Shown one piece after another: positions 53,727 to 64,000 of a stretch of DNA of 64,000 nt. The position numbers were made by a program, and so were the translations under genes. Numbering within the stretch: position 1 is the first letter of the stretch; every line of letters starts with the position of its first letter. Under the pieces are notes generated by a model. It had not been told where the DNA came from. It was given only the letters and a program-made list of their open reading frames with translations, and made no database searches. Source of the DNA: Harriotta raleighana (taxonomy: Eukaryota); NCBI GenBank assembly GCA_050575255.1, contig JBNZDD010013635.1:3136358-3200357 (forward strand). Reading direction: 5' to 3'.

Positions 53727-54947
53727 AACCCAGCATTGTGTGGGAAACTGAGCATCATATACTATGGAAGGTGAAAATAATTTGTAAAATAAAATAATAT
53801 TCCCCTTCCAGGTAGCTAGCTAACTTCACTGAATGCAGAACATGTCAGGATCAGAATAGTGCATTGTTCAACAATTTTGCAACATGTCAAGATTGTCAAA
53901 GCCCTGTACTGGCAGCTGTGATGTGGCTTTGAAGTAAATGCGTTTCAAATACGGTGCAGGGAAGCACGGGCAGATTGAGGAAAGGGAAATATTACCTTCT
54001 AATTAGTGTCTATACATATTCATTCGGCACAAAGCTTTACGGGTGAAGAAAAGCAGTTGCCAAAAACTACAATGGGCCAGTCAATAACCTGAGGTCTCAA
54101 GAAGCACTCACACAAGAACACGATTGAATGAGCTGCTCTACTTTCAAATTATCTACTAAACCACAAAAGGCACCATTTGGCCATCAGAATAATAAGGGAG
54201 ATTTGGAATAGAGTTGTGGCTCAGCTGGCTTGTGCACTTGCTGCACAGCATTGTCCTTTCATCCAATGGGACCCTGGATTTCAATTCAGTACAAAAGCTC
54301 AAAGTCCCCCCTCCCTCTCTCCCCCAATTGCGAAGTGTTGAAGGTCTTTTTTTTCTGCCACAGGCTGATTTAAAATAGCCATTTTCTCACAATACCCTTC
54401 TCTTTTGTTCAGGGTTGGAACAGATGTGTCCCATAAATGGGTTCGAAGAAAATACACATAATCATTTCATTGCAGCCAACCTAAGTACTAAGAAACCCAG
54501 AGAAGAATATGGTTCCCTTGAATTAATGCCAATTGCATGTATTCTGGAGGTTTACCCTCCGGTGAGTAATGGTAATCATCGTTTAGCGAGTGAGTCACGA
54601 GGGGCTGAGGTATGGTAACCATGACAATGGCAAAATCTAACATTTCTAACACTAGATGCTTTCTTTCTTAAATAAACGCTCAATTTTCCCCACTAGATAA
54701 ACACATCACCACAGAAACCCCACCTCCAACACCCTAACTGAACTATCCTATTACTTATTTATGGAGATTAGATATATCAGCACAGATTGTTCATAAAACC
54801 AAACATCTTCCTAGTTTCTATGGCTCAGTTTCATGTTGGGAAGTGGCTTCACTCACTATAGCCCTGGAAGGACCATTGTATTAAACTGTAGATGCCCTCG
54901 ACTCACGTGGGTTTGCCTTTCTCAAAGGTACGTCCAGTTGAACTTAC

Positions 54948-55163
54948 CAGAGAGCTGGTGTAGGTGGGGTCTGAGGTATCGTCCTGCAAGTAGCGAGAGA
55001 GGCCAAAGTCCGACACTTTGCACACCAGGTTGCTGTTCACCAGAATGTTTCGTGCGGCAAGATCTCGGTGGACGTAGTTCATTTCGGACAGGTACTTCAT
55101 CCCTGCAGCAATGCCTCTCATCATTCCCACCAACTGGATTACCGTGAACTGCCCATCATTCTG
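54948..55163 (-). CDS. EPHB1: EphB1 kinase exon (216 bp): [14 protein letters not shown]...HRDLAARN...[21 protein letters not shown]
   Basis: Acceptor ttctgcag|CAG and donor CTG|gtaagt. Contains [11 protein letters not shown] and the EphB1-type activation loop. Confidence 0.97.
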
Positions 55164-56394
55164 CTGCAGAAAATAAAATATCCCCACAAAAATTCAAAAA
55201 TCATACCATGCCATCACCTCAGCATTCTAAGCAGAGCTTGTGGACATTTCAATTCAATTACAATAGCAAATCTCACTTTAGATTGTTGGGGAGATTCAGA
55301 AACCTCTGGTTATTGTATATTATGAAGAGGAAGTGGATATGTTTTGTTCAGCAAGGGTTATTTTTAACAGTGGTGAGAAAGGACCTGTATCCAGCCAGAC
55401 CCAGGGAAGTATGAGGTAGGCATATTCATCAATACTGCTGTGTCTTGAGCAGTATCTTGTACACTCACTAATGTATACCATTGTATAATTACCAATAACT
55501 TTCTATGTCACTGCATTCTCTCCAGGACTGCTGTGTGCTCATCAATAACACTGGATACTCACAAATACCACTGTGCACTTGACCAATACCATTGTGTCCC
55601 AAAGTGCTTCACAGGATATTAATGTGAAATGAGATGACTGTGTATTTGTGAACAATAAAAAACAATAACAGGTATTGAAGGCTGAAAAGAGTTAATTGCG
55701 CACTCACAACCCAAATGCATCTTGAGAAAATCAATCGGTAACTTACGGGAAATCGACAGTCCTCTCTGTGTGCCCAAAGCCCAGGGAAACATTGCCTTCG
55801 AAGACATCAACTTCAGCATATTATTACCAACATTTTAAATGATTTAACTGCTGATTTGATGCGATGCCTAAGCCTACCAATCAGGCACTTGCTGGGAAGC
55901 CGAGTGTCAGCTGTGGATTTATGAGAATTTGACAGACAGTCTGTCTTCCAGCTCTGTGCTGCATGACAAAAGAACCTGCTAGCTCTTCAAAATGGACCAG
56001 TGACATATTTCCATCCGATCTACCTGTCCAGTGTTCCACAGTGTACAACAATGCACAGATGAAAGGAAAAATGTCATTAACTATGCAGCAGACGACTGTC
56101 CACCCTTCCCAACAGGGATTTGTCTCATAGAGTTCATGATGTGTTTATGCCTCCAGCCTCAATTTAGTACAAATTGGCATCAAGCTGTCTATCTCGCTCA
56201 ATGAGGCACACAAGTGGTACAAATTTCATCTGGGTCTAGACTGATTCCATTACAGAACATTTCAGATTGTTCAGAATTTGTCAAATACTTAAATAGTCTT
56301 TAATCTTGAAGCCATTTTTAAGAACTACAGAAAACAAGCTCGAAAACCGAATTCAACAATTTGCCACATTCTGCACACTGTAAATCTGTGGAAA

Positions 56395-56623
56395 CACTAT
56401 CTGAGTGAGCGAATAGTAAATGTATGGAACAAGCTCTTCGGGGTAATGGTGGAAGCAGAAAGGGTTGATTCTTTCAAAAGCAAACTAGAAAGATTCTTTC
56501 AGAAAATAATAACTTGGGATACGGTATATAGTTTGTGACATGACTTATGTATTCGACTACCAGAATGGTGGAAGGCAAACTGGATGGACTTTGCGTCTTC
56601 TCTCGTCTAGCAATTCTTATGTT
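56395..56623 (+). mobile_element. CR1-clade LINE 3' end
   Basis: ERIVNVWNKL..VEAERVDSFKSKLERF resembles the CR1 ORF2 C-terminus. Ends in TTCTTATGTTC. Confidence 0.75.
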
Positions 56624-56792
56624 CAAGTAGTATGAAAAACAATCTGTTTCATTCGTAATCAAGATGCATTTAGAATCAAGCCGACACATTCTAAACAATG
56701 TAAGCTGTTTCGCGCCATATAAAAAACACATCCCTAACATCTGAGAGATAGATGCACATTTCATCCCATTAACAAGAAATGTTAATATTTAC

Positions 56793-57040
56793 CCTCAGGA
56801 ATGAATCCAAAGCTCCGTTCTCCATAAACTCGGTAATGATCATGACGGGACGACTTTTTGTCACTACCCCTTCCAGGCGGATTATATTTGGGTGATCAAA
56901 CTGCCCCATTATGCTCGCCTCACTCAAGAAATCTCTGCGCTGCTTTTCCGAGTAACCAGCCTTCAAGGTTTTGATAGCAGCATAGATTTCTCGCTTGCCA
57001 GGTAGCTTGAGTCGCCCCTTGTACACTTCTCCAAATTCCC
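56793..57040 (-). CDS. EPHB1: EphB1 kinase N-lobe exon (248 bp): (G)[26 protein letters not shown]...ALDSFLR
   Basis: Acceptor cccatag|G and donor AGG|gtaaat. Contains the Gly-rich loop and the catalytic lysine (AIK). Confidence 0.97.
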
Positions 57041-57178
57041 CTATGGGACATAGAGGAGAGGAGTGAGCGGGTGGCAAGAGTAAGGAATTCAGTATAGGGA
57101 GGCAGGAAATACATTTCCAATTAGAACATAAATGCTCAAAGTACATTCCACAGTGGAAAAAGAAGCCAATCAATCCTA

Positions 57179-57586
<408 letters not shown>

Positions 57587-58344
57587 TCACACACATATAT
57601 ATTTTAAAAATATATATTCATCCTCACAGTAACAATGACTTTCCAATACCATTACAGAATAGCATTTGCTCTGTGAACAAAATTGCTGAAGGTATAAAAA
57701 TTCCAGTGATGTGCACTGCTAAAGTACTTGAGTAAAATAGAAGAGGTTTCGCAATATCTGCCACAGAATACAAATCCTGGCCAGAACATTAGAATTCAAA
57801 GAGTTTGGGGGAAATCAGATATATTGTCAGTTCTGCTTTGGTTCCACTCCCCTCCATCCTCCCCAACTGTATAGCTGCACATTAACTGATATTTGCACAC
57901 TTATCGCCACCTCATTACAACATCATTACAACTCAGTGACTGATGGTTCATGAATAGGGAGCGAAACTTAATTGCCCTGCTTAAATATTAATTCACAAAA
58001 TGTTTGAACATTGCTTGAAATATTAATTGTGCCCATTACATTCCGGCCTCAGTTTTCTCCCCTTAATGCAGTGACTGCATTAAAACGTGAGAGCTGAACG
58101 TCAATCAAGGTTCCACTGGAACTGAGGGGCACCATTGGATATTCTGAGGCTGATACTCTGTTTCTCATGACCCGCCAGAGCATGCAAGATTTTTCTTCAG
58201 TGGAGCATTTTAATGCTCATTACAAAGTCATTGTTAAAATGACTCAAGCTGCGGGTACCTGGGGCTAAAGAATTAAGAAGATGGTGACAGTTACACCCCT
58301 ACCCTTTCTCTCTCTCTCACACACTGTATTAAACTGTGTGAAGG

Positions 58345-58535
58345 TGATAACAATAATCCTTGCATTCGATATAGTGCTTTTTGCTTCTTCTAAATGTCTC
58401 AAAAGCACTTTACAGAATATACTGTGAAGTGCATTGACTGTATTTATGGGCGAAACATGGCAGCCAATTGTACACAGCAGTGTCCCACAAACAGTCGTGG
58501 ATTGAGTCACCAAATCATTTTTTTGAGGGATTATT
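58345..58535 (-). mobile_element. SINE 3' two-thirds
   Basis: AATAATCCTTGCATTCGATATAG...GGCAGCCAATTG..GTCCCACAAACAG. Confidence 0.8.
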
Positions 58536-61215
58536 CTGATGATACTATTATTTTCATAGCATAGGAAAAGATGGGCAATGTTTCACCTTATTGTTAAAAG
58601 TAAAACGAGGATAGTAAACGTATACCCCATGCCATTGGCAGCACAGTGCTTCAATCATATCTCCCCCGTAAGCTTCTTTCTTCCCAGTAGGCAAAATACT
58701 GGGCAGCAATGGAATTCTGCTGTTAATGGACCAATAATGAACATTGTGTTCAAAATATTCTGCAAGCTATTACCCCACCTTTTTCCTTCATTACATTCCA
58801 GGGGTCAAGGGGGAGGGATGGGAGTGGGGTGAAAGGTTCAAATGCTCTATTGTTTCATCTCTTTCTTGGGAGTTGGATTAGGTCTTAGATCCTGTAATCT
58901 GATCCAGAGTCTCAATACAACCCACATTTCAAGCCGTAACACAATCCTTCTCGTGCATAATGAAACATTCATCAGAAGCTGTGCGATATAATATTGTGAA
59001 CATTTTACTGTAAGAAGAAGCATCACACATCACAGCATCTTAGAAATTCCTTGCTGTTTTTTTATAAATTATTTGACACACTTTATTTCCCATTTCACGG
59101 TGCTACAGGCTAAGCTTGGATGTTGAGCGAGACAGGATTGGGTTACCTGCCTCCCCCCCACCTCCGACACTGCTACTATAAAACAATAGGACCAGTCATC
59201 CCAATATGCGTGCTGGGTCATCTGCAAACCCCATTCATCCCCTTTGAACCACACCCTAACTTTGGAGAATTTTCAAGTCTCACTTTCCAGGGTTACGCAA
59301 AGTGGCTTTTGTTTTCGACAGAAAAATAGAACTTCTTTATTTCTGTGCATCGTTCTCTGAAAGTAGGCAAACAAACGCGATTCGCTCTTGATTTTGCAGT
59401 CACTACACAAGTCACTGCACTTCGCAGAAACCACCTTTGTGATGTTTCGATATGATGAGGGGCTCTACAATGATGTGCAATTGATGATTATATTTTTATA
59501 ACCACATTATATTTTTATAATGGCCCCTATCAGTGCGGGGGTGGGGGGCAGTCCATCGCTTTGAAGATGTCACAAAATCATTTTGCCTACCTCCACATTG
59601 CAACAATTGTCTGCAACATTTACGGAAGGTCTTTGCATGTAAGATCAAGATTACTATGAGAATATGTCGAACGTTGAGCTGTGTATTTTTAGATCAGTGT
59701 GATTAGCCAGCTGGCACCATCTGGGATTTTAACAACTTCCCATTAACAGTATGTTATGTAAACATGAGCGCAATATAAACTGTTATACACATTACCATTT
59801 ACTGGTAGTAATAGTCTTCTCTTCGTTTATTCCGCAGAAAATAATTCACTTGATCTTTCTTGTGAAATGCTGCTGTACATCTGCACAGTTATTCCACAAA
59901 TACTTAAGTGCTTGCTTCATAGGCCACAGTCACCTAAAATATCCTTGCTCTGCCAACCTCAGGCAGATTAATACATCTCCTTCTTTCCCTAGCATTTTTC
60001 CTTGCTTTTACAGAGCTTAAGTTGAATTTTTTTTCTTTCAAGACAATAAATGAAATGAGAAAACCCCTCTTTGTCCCCCTTCCCTTGGAGGTATTTTTGA
60101 TTGTCAAGGAAGTAGGTATTAGTGTTGGGGTTTGCAAGTCTCTTTCTATACCGAGCACAGATGCACAGAAAAGCTCACACTACTCTGAAGCAAAAGCTTT
60201 CTGCAGCGGTGTAACATTCTCTTCACCACCATCTGCCGATATCAGCGATTATCAACTTGCGTTACATGGTTGTGATTTTATGCTGTGTGTCTGTCCTGTT
60301 TAGAAAGGGTTTGAGCCTGAGTGGCTTTATTTTATGGAAGACTATTACATCCAGCAGGGAAAAGAACCTCACATTCCAGATTTCAGGCATGTTCCCTCCT
60401 CAGGAGAAGCCTTCACAACTATATCCAGGAATGACCAGAATATTAATCCCCCAGTCAAAGCAATGGAAACAGTCACTGACTGAAAAATCTGGTCTCCACA
60501 GGGGAACAAATAAACTGTGGATTTTAAACAAGTAAGTTTTATAAATGTATATGGGAGATCTATTTTAGCTAATTCTGTGCTTTGCATGTCAATTTGGCAT
60601 TGCATCTGCTGCCAAGACAAATCTATGGAAATGATTTCAGTAGAACATCAATTTGCAACGCTCTAGAATAAATGCTCATGAGTCAAATCTTTTTTGGCCT
60701 CTGATCAGATATACTCCTTGAAACTTTAACAGTTTGGGCTCTTCAACTTTAAAAACACTAGTTAGCATTCAGTGATGGTGAGCAAACGCCTATACGTTAA
60801 GAGTTAGCATAGAGCTCTGCTCAGGCAGGATGCAAGTAATTCAGAGTGGGAATTCTAAATCAGGCTTCCTGCTCTAAATACAGTAATCTTACTGCTGGAA
60901 GCAACAGCTATTCACTTCAAACAATATAAACTATTGAGTATGAGGTAGTTCAGGGTAGTGGGATTGATAGCACGACTTGTACTGAGAGCTGGTGAAGAGT
61001 CAATGGTTCATACAGCCTTCTAAGTTGCAGGTTTCTACAATTCTATGAAACTAGCCACAAAAAGGATTGAGCGCTTTGCACTGAAATTTATCTTTCAAAA
61101 TATTCCTGGGAATAAATAACCTTCTTGTTTTGATTATGGTGCAGAAATGGTGCTCAGTATGCCACAAATATGTTGTATCGTTCTCGTTTCTGATAAGTTT
61201 ATGGAGGATACTTAC

Positions 61216-61280
61216 CGCGACCTGTGCTGTAATGCTGAAGTTTATCACTGTACACTGCTTCCTTCCCATACGCTCGCTTC
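61216..61280 (-). CDS. EPHB1: EphB1 juxtamembrane exon (65 bp): (R)KRAYGKEAVYSDKLQHYSTGR(G)
   Basis: Acceptor gggacag|G and donor G|gtaagt. Translated by hand because the ORF track shows another frame. The KEAVYSDKLQHYSTGR motif is characteristic of EphB1. Confidence 0.93.
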
Positions 61281-61994
61281 CTGTCCCAGAAAGAAACACA
61301 CACAAGTGAGTCCTCTCGGTTGCTGAAGGTGCGTTGTATGGGGAGACTTCGGGGAGAGAAAAAAATTACAATAATAACTCAAAGCATTTTAAAATGCCCC
61401 ATCAAATCTGTCTGATAACTAAACCTGCAATGTGAACAGTGATCAATTCTGGTGTTGTTTTTAAGACAAAGGAACAATAATAAAACAAAAATCTGCAGAC
61501 CAACGATGTTTAGGTTGTAACCTGAGGCAGATCATCTCAATAGAAGTGGGGAAACTATTGTGGCCTCGGTGTCCTGGGGCTAGTGAACAGAGGGATATGT
61601 GCATAGTGTGGTCATTGGGTAAGGTAGGGAATGGGTTAATTTGTGATTCCAATATCAAATAGGTCGGCTACAGGTTCACACATGAAATTAGGTGCTGAAG
61701 GTAGCTGGAGCTTGTGAAACTGTACCCCAGTGCTAGAATCTGCTTCAAGAGGAGTCAAAATTGGGGGATGCATTAGCCTCAGACAAAGGCCACCTCGATG
61801 ATTAATTCAAACTAATGGATCGGAGGCATCTCTACTCAAGATTCCGGCACCATGAAGGGTTTGGGGCTCAAAAGGTAACCCAAAGTGTGCTTCACTCATC
61901 TCAAGGAAAGATTAACAAGTCCTTTGCCATTCACAGCAAACAGGTTATTGACCGTGTGCTTTGCTACAAAAGTCAAGATGAGTTCCATAAAGAC

Positions 61995-62103
61995 CTGCTG
62001 CAGACGATGGAGACGGCGACCAGCGAGACGATGAAGACCACACCTGCCGCGGCAGAGCCTGCGATCAGCGGCAACTGCTCCCTTAGGTCAGACTTGTAGT
62101 CAT
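61995..62103 (-). CDS. EPHB1: EphB1 exon, transmembrane helix (109 bp): (D)DYKSDLREQLPLIAGSAAAGVVFIVSLVAVSIVCS(R)
   Basis: Acceptor ttcgcag|AT and donor AG|gtcttt. The translation matches the EphB1 transmembrane segment as I recall it, and the phase joins the next exon. Confidence 0.93.
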
Positions 62104-62300
62104 CTGCGAAGAGAGAAAATGGCAACCGTCTCTCCGGTGAACTTGACCAAACAATCAATAAGAAAACAAATGAAAGGAAGGAACTTTCCAATTACACTGA
62201 AAGCTCCAATTCTATCATTTCAAGCCCACTTTGCACTGATTAACTTTTAACATAAAATGTACGTCAAACGTTCCTCCATACTGCTGACTCCCTACACCAG

Positions 62301-62445
62301 AGAACATAAGAATATAAGAATTAGGAACAGGATTAGGCCTTTCGGACCCTCGAGCCTGCCCAACTGCCACTCAATAAGATCGCGGCTGATCTATTCTAAC
62401 TCCATCTACCCGCCTTATCCCTTAATCCCTTTATCCACAAGAAAT
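62301..62445 (-). mobile_element. CR1-clade LINE 3' end
   Basis: AGAACATAAGAATATAAGAATTAGGAACAGG..CGAGCCTGCC; homologous to 11921-12070. Confidence 0.8.
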
Positions 62446-64000
62446 AAGACATTTTGGTTCAGGCATTCACAGAGAGTCCATGCCCTCCAATTGCACATGT
62501 CATTTTAGAGGACTTTATGATCACATTAACTCATTAGGTGATGCATTTCTTTTTCTGCTTTTATAAAGAGCAATTCCTTCCTCCTACCTGTAAGCCACAA
62601 AAATGTTTTTTCACCCCACCTGGAAAGTAGGCTAATTTAGCCAGGCAACCAGTATAAGACATTTGGGCCAAACAACTGCCCTTTATTACTGATTACCAAC
62701 CATACATACCTGCCCTTCTCATCACATTCTTCAGATTCTGAAATGTTCCTTTAACAATCAATAATTTGGAAAACTTTCATTGCAGTTAAGAGACTCAGCA
62801 ACCACATAGTAATAAATAAACAGTGCTTGCTTGTCAGTGAGTGCTGGGCTCCCACTTATAATAATAATAACTCAGGAAAACGAAGGGGTTGGGGGAGGAG
62901 GGGGGGGATTGAGGGTAGATTGAAATATATAAAGCACTCTAGTCTCAGAATGCTCCCAGACATCTTTTAACCGCTATATATTTTTCATCTGATAAAAAAA
63001 ACTTCTAAATTATCCCAGAAGGTACTCCTATAAAATAAAGAAACAATGTCTGCATTTATGACGTGTTGATTTCTTGTTGCTCATATTGCATATTGTGTGC
63101 TATGGCGGTTCCCTACTATGCCGTCACCCCCAAATTGGTCTTCACAGAGGTGTGTTTTGGATCTATATGGGATTAACAGAAATTATTCAAAGGATTCTGA
63201 TTGATTTCATTGCTTGGGAAAGAATAGCTTAACAGCAGTGCAAAGATAAAGCACATCTAAGAGGAGTTAATGATCAATCAATGACCTTCACTGCTAGTAC
63301 GGTCTCGGAGAACGTTATACAGCACTAATACAAACCAGCTCTGCCTCATTAATCTGTTGGAAATATTGTAATGTTCACAGCGTTCAATTGGACTGAAAGA
63401 AGTTTATCTACTGAATGTTAGGCACTCTATTCTTTGTCAGTTCCAGGTAGGGAGGATTTCTTGTACGTTACGATTCCCATTTATTTGTTACCTATATTTT
63501 ATATCTCTTCCTTGCAATGAAATGAATGACAAAAGCTCACACTCTGTGCGCAAATGATTCACTTTCTACCAGCTGCAGCTATTATTTTTCCCCCAATCAC
63601 TTTAATCCATAATCTAAATGTATTACAGTATTACCACCCACTCCTCTTCATTTATTGTGAAGAAAACTGTGGGGATCTGTTTGCAAAAAGAAACAAACAA
63701 CTGAATATGTTGAAAGCATTTTCCTGCAGGCAACAACCAGCAATTTGCTTCTTTGTCTGATGTACAATATCCCCAGATTTTTCATTTAATAATAAAATTT
63801 TAGATGTTAGAAAGATAAATCGATCGCCTCCAAGGGTTAGGTTTAGGGTTAAATGGAAAAACCACCTGACTTCCACGTGAATCTATTAAGCGCGACACAA
63901 ACCAAATCCATTGAAGCACATGCACAGATATCAAAACATTTCACAACATTTTGCATCTCTCTAGCCCAAGAAGTTGGTGGAGGTCACGAAAGTTCCAGTA

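Overview
Vertebrate genomic DNA, most likely a cartilaginous fish (inferred from the repeat families, not proven). The minus strand carries the 3' half of an EphB-class receptor tyrosine kinase, best read as EPHB1. Nine coding exons run from 62103 down to 35330, covering the transmembrane helix, juxtamembrane region, kinase, SAM domain and C-terminus ...SQAPSAMA*. All have GT-AG boundaries and consistent phases; the extracellular exons lie beyond the right edge. The left ~27 kb has no credible protein-coding gene. Introns and intergenic DNA are rich in a tRNA-headed Deu-domain-type SINE, 5'-truncated L2 LINEs, CR1 3' ends, one Tigger/pogo-like MITE, microsatellites and several duplications beside single Ns that look like assembly artefacts. 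Most listed ORFs are chance or repeat-derived. The most interesting observation is an orphan minus-strand terminal-exon-like block at ~27060-27400, 8 kb past the EPHB1 stop, with a strong acceptor and an AATAAA. In phase 0 it encodes EELTKTTRLNV*, an 11-residue tail ending in a class II PDZ-type motif. That is the same length as the native EphB tail after the conserved 'MR'. No database searches were run. Repeat family names come from recalled consensus motifs, and repeat boundaries are approximate.
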